Source: Phoronis australis
Lineage: Eukaryota > Animalia > Phoronida
Assembly (NCBI GenBank): GCA_002633005.1
Contig: NMRA01000113.1
Span: 72,797 to 136,796 of the forward strand
DNA length: 64,000 nucleotides
Reading direction: 5' to 3'
Every line of letters begins with the position of its first letter. The stretch's first letter is position 1. Below are positions 49,661 through 62,290 of the stretch, one piece after another. A program made the translations under genes and the position numbers. A model generated the notes under the pieces. It saw only the letters and a program-made list of their open reading frames with translations. It ran no database searches and was not told where the DNA came from.

Positions 49661-50583
49661 TATTGTCGTGAATGTGTTAAGAAACAATATTCCTTGATGT
49701 GCATCTGTAGTCACTTAAAGCTTTTAGTTCATAAAGCGAAATATCGTGTCGTTTTATAATGAATTTATTTGTAATTGCGGTCATTTCAAAATTTAAACAG
49801 ACTGTGACCAAGGGCTATAGTCATTAATGTTCTTATAGCGTCGAAAGAATATTCAAACGAAATTTGGCCAGAGCTAGGGTCTATTCTTTTCCCATGCTCG
49901 GGCAGAAGCAAATAATACAAACGTCGAGGGCATAATGTAAGGCTGCATTTCGCTGGGTAAAACGAAAATCGAATAAGTGTTTTTAGTAACCCGTGTTCAT
50001 GCTATTTCATCATCCGTCGATTTTTTATTACAAAAGCAACACAAAACATTGGCATGTGCCCACGATGTGGGCTATAAATATTTCCCCGTTATCGGATATA
50101 TTAAAAAATCAACATCAACAGTTCCCTCCTCATCAGGAACACGTACGTCAAATTTCATGAAGATCCAGCAAATAACATGGTAGATACTACCATAAGGGGC
50201 GCCACAGCTAGCAGTCCCATCAGTCCAAAAATTGACACCAGTCGTGCTTTCCTCAATAAAAAAACCCATGTGCCACATTTCATGAAGAACCATGTGTTGT
50301 CTCCTTCCCCGAAATTTCTTTTGCAAATTTCATGAAAATCAACAAAGAACCTCGGTACATATCGAGGTATATACAAAAAACCTAAATTACCATAAGAGGG
50401 CACAGCAGTTGTCAGATCCGTCCGGAATTCTGCGGTCATTTGTGTCAGGTTCGAAGGGACACCGCTGTGGAATTTCGAGATCCTGTAAGGAGCCGAGGAC
50501 GCAGTATTCGACGAGTGGATACAATGAATTCTTTTTCAAGAATACAATTCACTTCTTACGACCTATTCTCATTTCTCCAGTCC

Positions 50584-50760
50584 TGGGGCGTAGGCGCTCG
50601 TATAGGCGCAGCCAATCACCTTGTGGCATTAGAACGTAGCGCCTGCGCACCGTAAGTTACGTTATAGTGGGGCGTAGGCGCACGTAAGCGTAGCCAACCA
50701 TCTTTTTACACCGTAACTTAGCGCCTACGCACAGCAAATGACGGTATAGTGGGGCGTAGT
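50584..50760. repeat. About 85-bp self-complementary unit, about 2 copies (GGGGCGTAGGCGC...GCGCCTACGC)
   Basis: GGGGCGTAG near 50585, 50669 and 50751. Each unit has inverted ends. Confidence 0.7.
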
Positions 50761-50906
50761 CGTGATAGATAGCTTGTACACTGCTTCGCTGACGACAGCA
50801 TTGTTGCCAAATATTCCAGTGTGTGACTTTACATCCTGGACAATTTATTCAAAGTGTTGTTGTGAACTTGGAGTAGCGTTGACTTGACAATGATGAGCAG
50901 TCATGT

Positions 50907-51064
50907 CAATGGCGGTTTTTTGGGGGGGCCAAGGAGGCCATGGCCCCCCTAAAATTCTCACAGAGTAGTTGGCAGTACGGGGGTGCGAATGTTTGACGGG
51001 CAAAATCCTGGCTCGTAATACTCTGCCCTGGCCCCCCTAACTCAAAATTCTGGATCCGCCCCTG
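50907..51064. mobile_element. MITE of the CAGTGGCGGAT family with 5-bp TSD (CATGT)
   Basis: CAATGGCGG ... ATCCGCCCCTG flanked by CATGT on both sides. Confidence 0.75.
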
Positions 51065-54000
51065 CATGTTGCCCTCTTCTGCCGGGGCATCTTGCACCCC
51101 AGAACGTGACCGATGGGATCCGGGATAAGACATGACGAGCACGAAATCGGGCATATTTGCGATCTGTTTGGGCTGGTTGCTACAACAGCAATCAGAGGAA
51201 TGCGTGAGTTCGTTGAAATGGACGAAGGACGCGGTTCAGTAGAGCAGACAACCTACCAAGTGCTCTGTGACAACTGGGCCTCTGCATTAAGACTCTTCCT
51301 TGCAGTACAGCTGAATGTGAGCGAGGATTCAGCGAAATGAATAAATAGTAAGACGATTGCCTTTGTTTGCTATTAGAAACCACCTCCAGCTCGCCCGGTT
51401 TCCATGTTCGATCCATAACCTTATGCCGAAAAGTGGTTTCGACAACACAGAACTGCTGATAGTTTTTAGTCCAAATCATCATGTAACTTGGAAAAAAACA
51501 AGACTACCGACAAAAAAGTTTACGGAGGATTCTGTAACTAAGCACTCTATTTTTGGACAGTTCACTAGTCTAGTACCTGGTATTTTACTAGCTTTGAAAC
51601 TAAACGAAAAAAATAAGAATAGCTGCTTGCAAGTTTGTGTACTATATATATGAATGCATGCACGTGTGTACTATTGTATATAGTGTTCAGCTCATTGAAA
51701 CATCAGTGCTTTTGTAACATCGTATTTGTGTAATTAGTCTTTGAAGAGTACGGAGTAACATATATTCGCCAAATAGTAAAATTTTAGATTAATATTTGAA
51801 GATAAAGAAACAAGTATGGTGTCATACCATGGGCGGATAAAAGGGAAGGGCCTCCGAGGACACACCCCAGGGGCGACTAAAAATGCCGCCATCATATAGT
51901 TTCTGGGCGTTACGCGGCTATTATCCTTTATAATTGTGTTTGGGTCCCCCTTCAGTGACTGCTTGGAATGCACGCGTTCCTTTAGTATAGTGTGTGGTTG
52001 GGCCCCTTCCTGCGACATCCTAGATTCGCCACTGCTGATACCCACTCGTGAGTCAAACAATAAGCCTACATGTTTGCGAGTCAGGTTTTGCGAATTCAAT
52101 GCACTTTTAAAATTCAGTGCATAAGGTGACACGGTGGGCTTTGGGCGCCTACTTACTTCAAATTTTACCACTACAGTACTGCATTTCTCTTGCACAGCGC
52201 TCTAGAATTCAAAATCAAAATTATTTTCAAGATCATGGATCCTAAAGAGGACATGTTTTTCTCGTGCACACTATTGTCTTAGAGCACAATGGTTTCTCAT
52301 GAGCCACAGTTCTTTCATCAACAGGAAGTAGCCCCAGCAACATTCTCCAAGCGTTTATAGACGTTTTCTGCAAACAATGCACTTCCACCAGTCTTCATAT
52401 TCACATCTATTACAACATTTAAGTCTAGCCTCAAGGCAATGCATTGTGACAGGGGTGCAACCCAATCTTGATTTGCATTTGATGTTGCAGTGACTGGGCA
52501 CAGGAGCTACACCAATTTAAATGTTCAAATATTCCAACAAAAACATACCTTACCAAATAAAAACATGAAACTGCAGCTCCTATTTAGATTTTCATCAGCC
52601 TCTAACAGTATTCATAAAATTATATGAGGAAAGTTAAGCGTCAAACACACCACCAGTAAAACGAAGATCTGAGATGTAATATTACATTTATTTCATTGCA
52701 CTGTTTTTCAATGTCATGATTTATCATAAAAAGATATTGAAATATTTAAAGAATTCATAGTAAAAATAATCTACATGAATACAGACTTAAGTATATAAAT
52801 ACAATATTAATAGTCACAATTTGACATCACAACCATTCCCACCATAAGCACACAAGGAAATTGAACATTAAAATAAATATCTGAGAAAATTAAACGAAAC
52901 ATAATTTCTTCCAAATACAGGACCAAACATAATTAATAGCTCAATAAACTCTAACAGAACGCCATTGGTCTTCAAAAGCTCGACTTGAACAATCGACTTT
53001 AAATGCGCTAGCTTTGAGGCCAAGTAATACACAATTGGGTCTTAAATTTGGAGTTAGTCCTGTGAATAAACTCAAAAATGTTTTTATTATATGAATTCAA
53101 CCAAAAAATTATGGCAACATCATGATAGCTTATAATACAAGTAATTTTATTAAGAATTCCAAACTATTGGTAAACTGCGAGAGTTCTGCAGAAGATTGTG
53201 GGTAAAATTACCATGGAAATTACTGTGGCGAAGACTGAAGCTGACATTTTGGGCTAGGAGAGGGCGAGTAGTCCCAACAGTGGCTTAGAATTTTTTGGGG
53301 TTGTAAATCAAGGGTGTCATTCACACACCATAAGCCTTTTCAAATTGAAATGCAAAGTCAGTGAGAGCAATTCTTTTTGAGCCCTGCTCTTAGTCACACA
53401 ACTGTCCCACTTGGACTGTGTAACTAAACACAGCTTAATAAAGAATGTATGGTCCCAGTTGAAAAGATAATGGTTTTATTACCCCACGTGGGTTATAAAC
53501 AGCTGGAGCCCAGCCCGGAATGGAAAGTCTGGTAATTAAAAAGAAGCCCACTAAATCCTAACAACTTAGATGTTGAAGTAAATTACTAGTAATTACAAAT
53601 ATTGTTATTCAATTGAAGAGATTGTTAACACTCTTCCCAAGGAGCCATATTGGTAAGCACAACTATATCCTTCACCTACACAAACGTAGTTTTCACGACG
53701 TCAGCTACAATCTCAAACATCAGACTTATCAGCACTATCCAGGACTACAACTATCCACCTTACTTAAAGCAGAAAATTAACTCGCAAAGAAACTCAACTT
53801 TTGATTCATATGCAAAGTGGTTTCTGGGCCTTGGATAAAAACTGACACTTCATTATGGCTGGAGACATTGGTCGTCACACTAAATGACCTGCCGAGCCTG
53901 GTCTCGAGCAATAATGAACACCAGTCTTTTCTAAGACCACAAATTGCCTCTAATTTGACAAATGAATGATTTTAAAAGCGCAGGTGGTTTAAATAAAAAA

Positions 54001-54774
54001 ATTATTCTTAAAAGGAGTGCAGGTTTATAGCTGTTTCAAGTATGGCTCTAATTATCATTTTCAAACTGCCTTCTTATACACCACAGTGAATATAAAAACT
54101 AAAAACCAAATCAAAATAAAAAGATAATGGTTAAATTTGGCAGCATTAAATAACAGAGAACAATTAAAATAAAAAATGCCTTCTTTCAAAAGGAAAATTG
54201 AGTTTTGTGTAGGGCACAGATTTCAAACTGAAAGGCAGCATTTACTAAAAAATGCAGTGTTCTCAGCACTGTTATGTTTTATTTTTGCGTTTCCTGGGAC
54301 GAATCTGAACTCCAAATTCTTAAACAAGAAAACAGACAACCAATCCAGATAAAAATAAAATCATGTGTCCAACAAACAAAAAACGTTCTGGTGTGACCAG
54401 TTCATGAGCCAGAGTTGGGCTCACATATCACAAACAAAGCTGGTGATCTTTCAATGTAGCACAAAGATACTGAGGCCTCATCCAACTCAACTGTCAAGTT
54501 TCAGACAGTGCAAAACAATGCCGTACAAAAATAAACATGAAAACAAACTACCCTGTCATGGATTTCTCCCCAAAATGTGGCCCATTGACACTGTTCTGAA
54601 GCACTACAGAGCCAAAGAGACATGTGGTGCGAGTCAATCGTATTCTTGTAGACAGTTTCTAGACCAATCAGAACTTGACACAAATGTTTCGCAATGGCCG
54701 GCACAAAAACACTCCAGCCAGATGAGAAGAGCTTTTTGTGGTGCACATGTGAAGTTACCCCTCCATCAGCTAGA

Positions 54775-54857
54775 GTCACCATCTCCATAGTCACCATCTC
54801 CATAGTCACCAGCTCCATAGTCACCAGCTCCATAGTCACCAGCTCCATAGTCACCAG
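54775..54857. repeat. 15-bp tandem repeat, 5.5 copies (GTCACCAGCTCCATA), in the probable CAMKK 3' UTR
   Basis: Seen directly. Confidence 0.95.
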
Positions 54858-55181
54858 TTGTCATTGGTTTGTGAAAGTCTCTGCACAGTAGTTAACTAAC
54901 AGTGCCCAACACAGCTTCAGAGAATCAATGAAATCTGTCCACTGTTCCAAGGACATCATGACTTTGATGTACCTATCTTTCCAGCAGCACTCAGAGGCCT
55001 TATTCTGAAATGACAACAGTCATCTTTGAAACAGTGAAACACAGACTTTTGGGCAATAACCATTTACAGGTATCCCGCATCTTGAGAAACAGTTTGATGC
55101 CCGGTATTCAGTGGGAAAAATGGTTTTCAAAGAGAGGAACCCCTATAAGTGACTACATATTCACAGCAAAGAGCAAAGACA

Positions 55182-55230
55182 TTATGGCTGGGGTCTGGAC
55201 CTAGTATCAGGTTCACTGCCATCTGTCAGA
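55182..55230 (-). CDS. CAMKK: CaM kinase kinase, probable terminal coding exon (NLTDGSEPDTRSRPQP*)
   Basis: Pyrimidine-rich CTGTTTTTAG acceptor, phase-2 compatible, TAA. The peptide is not conserved, so this exon is less certain. Confidence 0.5.
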
Positions 55231-56363
55231 CTAAAAACAGCAGGCACAAAAACAGGGCAGCAAGTAATCACTGCGCTGTCTAAATTAATGATCGTTTAAT
55301 CTTCACAAATTTGACATCTTTGATTTTTTTGGTGTATTTGATTTCATGTTTGATTAAAATGTTGATTTATTCAAGGAGTTTGTTAACCCGTCCATTGTTA
55401 ACAGATGATTGACAGATGAGCCCAGTATTCTGAACCTTGCTAATATTTTTGGATAAATCAGTTATATAACTGATTCACAGTTCTGCTATTGTGTTTATGG
55501 TACTTTGTAACGAATTCACAATCTCTGATTAGCTTTACAGATATAGTTCACTTGCACCAGATAAAAATAATTCAAGTAAAAAGGAATCACAAACGAAAAA
55601 TTGCGGACTAACGACAGACTGGAAAGATGGTGCATGGGTAAGTCTCTGTGATGCCCAACTAGCAACAGGTGTAAGGAGATAATGGGATGTTGATGGGCCT
55701 GTTGTTCCTTCAAAGACTAACCATTCCTCAAATATAAGCTGACATTTCTTACATCTACTTTCCAACTCCTGACATGTTCATCCACTTTCAAAACCAAATT
55801 TACTGCACAAATTCCTAATATTCTTTTCACTCCTGCAAATGTGACTACAAAATGACAAAAATCTGATTGTTAAATGCCCCATAGGTTGTAAACATGCAAA
55901 ACATGGCTTTTCCAGTAACAGGCCTTTTGAATTAATGCAGAATAATGGAAATTTTTGCATAAATTAGCCAAACAATGCTACTGCCAGATCATTCAACTTC
56001 AATAGCTTTTATCTGTTTGTGTTTGCAAGACACCTGATGCAGAGTTTTGCTTATTTCTTTAAAACTTGTGAACAAATTTACAAAACATTTGTGTTAACCA
56101 GTCACAAATGTCTAGAAGAACAGTTGTGGGCAAGGATATTTCATTGACAATCATATTTGGGTTATTCATCGACCTCTAGAATTAGGAAAATCGCCGTCAC
56201 TGATGTTTTCAAAATGCCAATGAAAGATATTTTATATCTTTACTTAACTTGTATACAACAACTGAGTTATACTCAGAAAAAAGAGGAAGATAGGTTCTTG
56301 AGCACTTTTTTGAAAAAAATTTCAAAGTCACCCAACTGGTTTTGTTGGCTACAGCACACTCAC

Positions 56364-56497
56364 TTGTCATCAAATGGCTCTGGTGCAGAGTTAGATCGCC
56401 CACTGCCCTGGAACTCTCGTCTTAGCCTGGCATTCAGGGCACTCTCTTTGTACGGGTTCTTAAATGTCTTGTTCTTAAGAATGCTTTTAACCAAGAT
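56364..56497 (-). CDS. CAMKK: CaM kinase kinase exon (ILVKSILKNKTFKNPY...RSNSAPE; CaM-binding and 14-3-3-type region)
   Basis: Matches CAMKK ILVKTMIRKRSFGNPF...RSLSAP. AG/GT sites, phase 0 to 2. Confidence 0.9.
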
Positions 56498-57599
56498 CTG
56501 AAAATAACATTCACTGAGAACAATCAGCATAAATGAGAATTTAGTTACCATGTCGAACATCTGACCATTTCCTAGATCTCTAAAGATGAAAGAGAGCACT
56601 TCCCACAGTAAAGACATACATGGCGACATATACCTCTTCATCCATGTCACGTGTCATTTGGTTTCCCACAAGTTACTAACAAATAGCTACCTGGAGATTA
56701 CACACACTTCTTTTCATGAAAACTACTTGAAACCACGGATGAATCATAATTTCAAATAAAAGGTAACAAATAAACACAAATATTCCACAAGATAAATAAT
56801 GAATTCAAGGTGGGCCTTCCAGTTTTGTTCATTGATAACAGAGGACACCACATGATTGTGCATCAGTTATGGTGTATTGCTAGTCAATAACAAATGTCTC
56901 AGGCAGACGTCCATTGCTCCAACAGAAAACATTTTCACTTGAAAACATATCTGGTAACCATGACTATCAAAAGAAAACCAAACTGTTGTGCGTATCACAA
57001 GTATGTGATACTGAGGATATGTTGCACAATTATCGAAAAGTTTTGTGGTAATAAGGAATTGCTTTACACACTTTGACAGCAATGAACCAAAAAAACTGTC
57101 CTAAAATAAGCAGTGCAAAAGTGAGAATATAGTTATACAAGATCCAGTATATGGTCACTTTGTCTATATGAGAAAATGCTACACAATACAGAAAAGCATG
57201 CATCACGTCCAAATCAACTAAAATAAGGAAACTACTACAAAAATATGAGCCACTTTCTGCATAAATTACTGTTCTCATGGACCTAGTAATTATGCATGGA
57301 ACATTCTGGAAGTGATTTAATTAACTTAATTATTGACCATCTTGTTTCTGACTTCTGTCGTACTCATCAAACGCGATGGTCATTGAGATAGGAAACATTC
57401 CAAACTATGCACAAATAAAGACTCAAGAAACTGATGTCCACCAAATACATTGCGTGTTGCATAATGAACGGAAATAACCAGGGTCATTAGCAATGAAATA
57501 CACTAAGAATGACAACCGAATCGAATCCATACTAAACATAACACAAAAAACATTTAACTTCCTCCTTTAAAATGCATTTAATGTATACGTAGTACGTAC

Positions 57600-57728
57600 C
57601 AGTGTATCAAGACTGGGTATGTGTTTGACGCTGTTGTCCACTTCTTCATCTGTGACCGTGATCAAGATACAGTTTTCTTTCTCTGTGGGAAGTGGGTGCT
57701 TACCCCTTCGCGTCACCCATGGGTGGCT
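57600..57728 (-). CDS. CAMKK: CaM kinase kinase exon (SHPWVTRRGKHPLPTEKENCILITVTDEEVDNSVKHIPSLDTL)
   Basis: Matches CAMKK HPWVT...PLPSEDENC...VTEEEVENSVKHIPSL. Phase 0 to 0. Confidence 0.93.
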
Positions 57729-58310
57729 CTACAAAACATTGTTTTGGTTATTCATCTGGTATAGCAGCAGCGGCTTATATTTGTAAGCCAAGTTCATAAA
57801 GTACAAGACAAAGTAATTAAACAAAATGCTGTTTCTCGTCATGACGGCCAATTCTGTTAACAGCAAAAATAATTTGTGACAACTATTTGGATGGCAAAGT
57901 TGTAATGACAGAATGACTAAACCCGCCATGTAATGTTCCTGGTAATTCCCTTTCATTCTTGGTCATGAGGGGAGACAATTCTGACGGTGACTTCAGCTTG
58001 TATTTAAGCGAGAACATATGTTTGTGAGTGCAATAACCATTTTGTTTGGTAGCCTGAAAACCTACTGCAATGACACCATTATGAATTAGCGGGAGCCATT
58101 TCTTAATATGGCACAAAATGAAAGCAACGATTTCTTGTAATCAAGGAGAGAGCAATTTACAACCTCATATATCAGATAATGATGAAAATTGCCTCACAAA
58201 TAATTCCAAGCTCAAGTGAGCAAATGCAGTTTTAAAGGCTAGCTATTCAATGTTTTTACTATTTTCATCGAACAGGACCTCAGCCCAGACCCACGTGCTG
58301 CTTATCATAC

Positions 58311-58398
58311 CTTGATCTCTGGTAGAGTGATTCTGTTCTGAGGGTCTTTCGTCAACATCTTCTCAATCAAGTCCTTCACCTCCTCACTTGTGATTATG
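58311..58398 (-). CDS. CAMKK: CaM kinase kinase exon (IITSEEVKDLIEKMLTKDPQNRITLPEIK)
   Basis: Kinase subdomain XI. Phase 2 to 0. Confidence 0.93.
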
Positions 58399-58998
58399 CT
58401 GAAACAGGAAACAATGAAGTGCACAGACGGAACAATGCCCCAGTGATTGTCATTTACTACTTACTATAATGCATTAACTGACAAAGCTATTACAGCAATT
58501 CGTAGAAAAATAGCTTCCACTTTACAAAGGCTGTTTACTTTACTGCAAATAATGCAAAGTTATTTTATGACACCTACACAGCACAAAACGTGCTAGTAAC
58601 AGATTAAAATTTTCTTAATTTTCATATTAGTGGAGAAATTTGACAAAACGGAACTTCTCACGTCAGACATATCATATGGCATGTAAGTGAAGAATTATCA
58701 TAGTTTCTAGACAAACTGAGAAGAAAGAGAATTCAAATATCAATACCATCAATGTGGCATATACAATGACTTGGGTACAGTTCCATCCATGGCAAACACA
58801 TTTAACACACGTATTTGCTAACACACACTCACCAGGGATTAAGTTAACCCCAAACACTGGAAGAAGCACATGACTCAGTTACACCTCTTGCCAATGTGCT
58901 ACAAAGAACTGGTAATTCAGCAGGACATGAAAATGTTGGATTCTATGGTGGATGAACTTAATTGGATTTTGACAGTAGTTGATTACCACCATACTTAC

Positions 58999-59072
58999 TC
59001 TTCGTGGTACTCGACTGGTGCATTCAGAATTTTCTTGTGTAAACCCAAGGGAGAATCATCTTGAAATGGACA
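58999..59072 (-). CDS. CAMKK: CaM kinase kinase exon (CPFQDDSPLGLHKKILNAPVEYHE)
   Basis: Matches CPFMDERIMCLHSKI. Phase 0 to 2. Confidence 0.92.
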
Positions 59073-59487
59073 CTGCAAAGGCAATCTGTGCATCAGTACA
59101 ACTTTAATAATCAAATAGGAAGCAATAAAACAGACAGTATCAACCCGTTTCTTTTAACTTTAAAGAAATCCCCAAAATGATCCAACCCTCTGTTTCCCAC
59201 AAACAATGAAGTACCAGGGGACCAGACTTAAGATGTTAAATTATTGATTATAACATAAAATCCTATTTCAAACTTATGAAGCCTTTTGTTACAAAATTGT
59301 GAGACATAGAGCGTGTTTATTACTATGACTTCGATTCTAACACTTTTTGAGTTATTGAGAATAAACGTATAAAAAATTTAAGAAAAACAAAAACTGCAAA
59401 ACGTCAAGATGTCACTTCAAAGCACATTTCAGGCACTTCTCTCGATATCCGAAACATGAGAACAACTTTATGACACTGTGTCAATCA

Positions 59488-59913
<426 letters not shown>

Positions 59914-59983
59914 TCAGTCAAAATAAAGATAAAGATGGAAAATACTTCTATGAACTTTGCCTTACGAGATTTAACATCAAAGC

Positions 59984-60455
59984 ATGAAAATTTTGAGACA
60001 TCCAGTTGATTTATTCAAGGTGAATAAATCATGTGTTGTCTATGGTGTCAGGTGTAAGGATTCCCAGTGCTTAGACAGTTACATTGGTGAAACGAAACAG
60101 TCCATTAAAATGCGTATGTCACAACATCGTCGTCCTAGTTACGGGGACACTTATGATTCTGCTATTTTTAGCCACATGTGCGCTACTGGACATGATTTCA
60201 ATACGGATGATGTTACTATCCTAGACTGTGAGGAAGACTGGTTCAAAAGGGGTGTAAAGGAAGCTCGGAGTCTGGGCTCTTTAAATAAAAGAGGCGGTTT
60301 ATGATTCATTTGTCACACGTATGGGATGGTGTACTGACGTCAATGCCGCTCCGTTTAGCCAAAACGCCACCAATTGGCCAGAATAAATATAACGTCACAA
60401 GCCAAGCTGAAGTCCGTGAGATGCGGACGCAACGTCGCTAATTTTTGTAAGTTTT
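59984..60455 (+). mobile_element. Penelope-like element 3' remnant (GIY-YIG endonuclease plus terminal repeat), antisense in a CAMKK intron
   Basis: LRHPVD...VVYGVRCKDSQCLDSYIGETKQSIKMRMSQHRR...SAIFSH...WFKRGVKEA...LNKRGGL. Confidence 0.9.
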
Positions 60456-61453
60456 AATTTTAGTATTAGACTCAAACTTGATCTGAAATTTAACATCCTT
60501 AACACAAAGATTTATATAACCAAGTTGGACAAATGGGTTCACCAACAAACATATTTGGGTTACTCACAAACTGACATGTCAAAATATCAGTTACTACGTG
60601 TCAACAAGCAAATCCGTACTCGACAGTCAAGGGTAAAAGTAATTTACCACTTGCTCTTGAGCTATTGCACACCTGACAAAATCTCATCTTAAAAACTTGG
60701 CAAATTTTTGCAGCAAGATTTATCACCAATCTCTTCCCTAAGCCCTATGACCTTTCCTTAATAAGCTAAGTTACGCCAGATACAAAGTGTCCTCAGCATG
60801 GAACGAGAGTATAGACAGCATCACAAAACAAACAAGTTCCCACGTGACCAGAATTCCCGCCACTAGGATTTTGATTCAACCCATCAAAGTAGACAAGATG
60901 TCTCCAAGGTACTAAGAATATAGGTGAATATTCAGTCCAGTCTTATTATCAATATATTATGAAATTCCTGGATGGCTCAAAACCTACATTATGTTATCTC
61001 TCCGGATTTATTGGCAATTTTCCACCACTTTTGCTTCTGTGACTTACAAGCTAACCTACATCAATATTACAGTTTTGATCACTTTATTTCAATTTCCGTC
61101 AACACAACCAATTTTCAACGTACAGTGAAACATGTTGTTCACTAATGTCTTTGTGTCTTATTCCAATAGCACATATTCACTTCCTTTAAGGCTAGCTAAC
61201 AGAAGATGACACTTCCCTCCACCGAGTAGTTTTCAAGGAAATGAAACCTTCATCTTGCACTTAATTTCCCTCAAGGCTGTTCAAAGCTTGGGCACAACCT
61301 TGGTTAAACAGGGCAGATTCAATAACTCTTTCATTTACTTTTTGAATCAGTTGTACAATTTCTTGGTCAAAACAAAGAGCGATGAATGTTCACACAAAGC
61401 CAACCAGCCATAAGACACCAGTACACCACTAACACAATTACTACGATACTTAC

Positions 61454-61564
61454 AATATTCTAAGCCTTCCACAATATCCCTAAAGTAGGACCATGCTTCT
61501 TCTTCTTTCAATGGTTTGTCAGTCGGAATCTCAATCACATCACCTTTTTCAACAAGCTCAAACA
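61454..61564 (-). CDS. CAMKK: CaM kinase kinase exon (VFELVEKGDVIEIPTDKPLKEEEAWSYFRDIVEGLEY)
   Basis: Matches [28 protein letters not shown]. Phase 1 to 1. Confidence 0.95.
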
Positions 61565-61963
61565 CTGCAAAGCATCGTTTGACAGTCATTCATTGTATTT
61601 CTAAAACCACTGTTCCCACAGCAACAGAAAGTAGCCAGGATGTAAACGAATGATACAATTTTTTGACCAAAATGAAATTTTGCAGATAGGGCAATGACAG
61701 CTTCAATGTACACACAGAAGAGTATCCATGGCAACACAAATATTCCAACAACTTTTGCAACATATGATTTAATGAGTGTGCAATTGAGTAAAAAATGTCT
61801 AAAAATGTTCGTTTTAAATATAGTACCAATAGAAGCAGGGACACCACATGAAGCTAGACTTTGAACACAATAACACAAATAAAAACATGACAAATAATAC
61901 CTCCACTAATTAAACCTAGATCACAAGCATTATTCAGAACTGAAATGCATACAGAGAAAATCA

Positions 61964-62290
<327 letters not shown>

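Noticed and set aside
54365-54891. ORFs around the MELVT repeat
   Set aside because: Explained by the 15-bp tandem repeat and chance; no recognisable domain.
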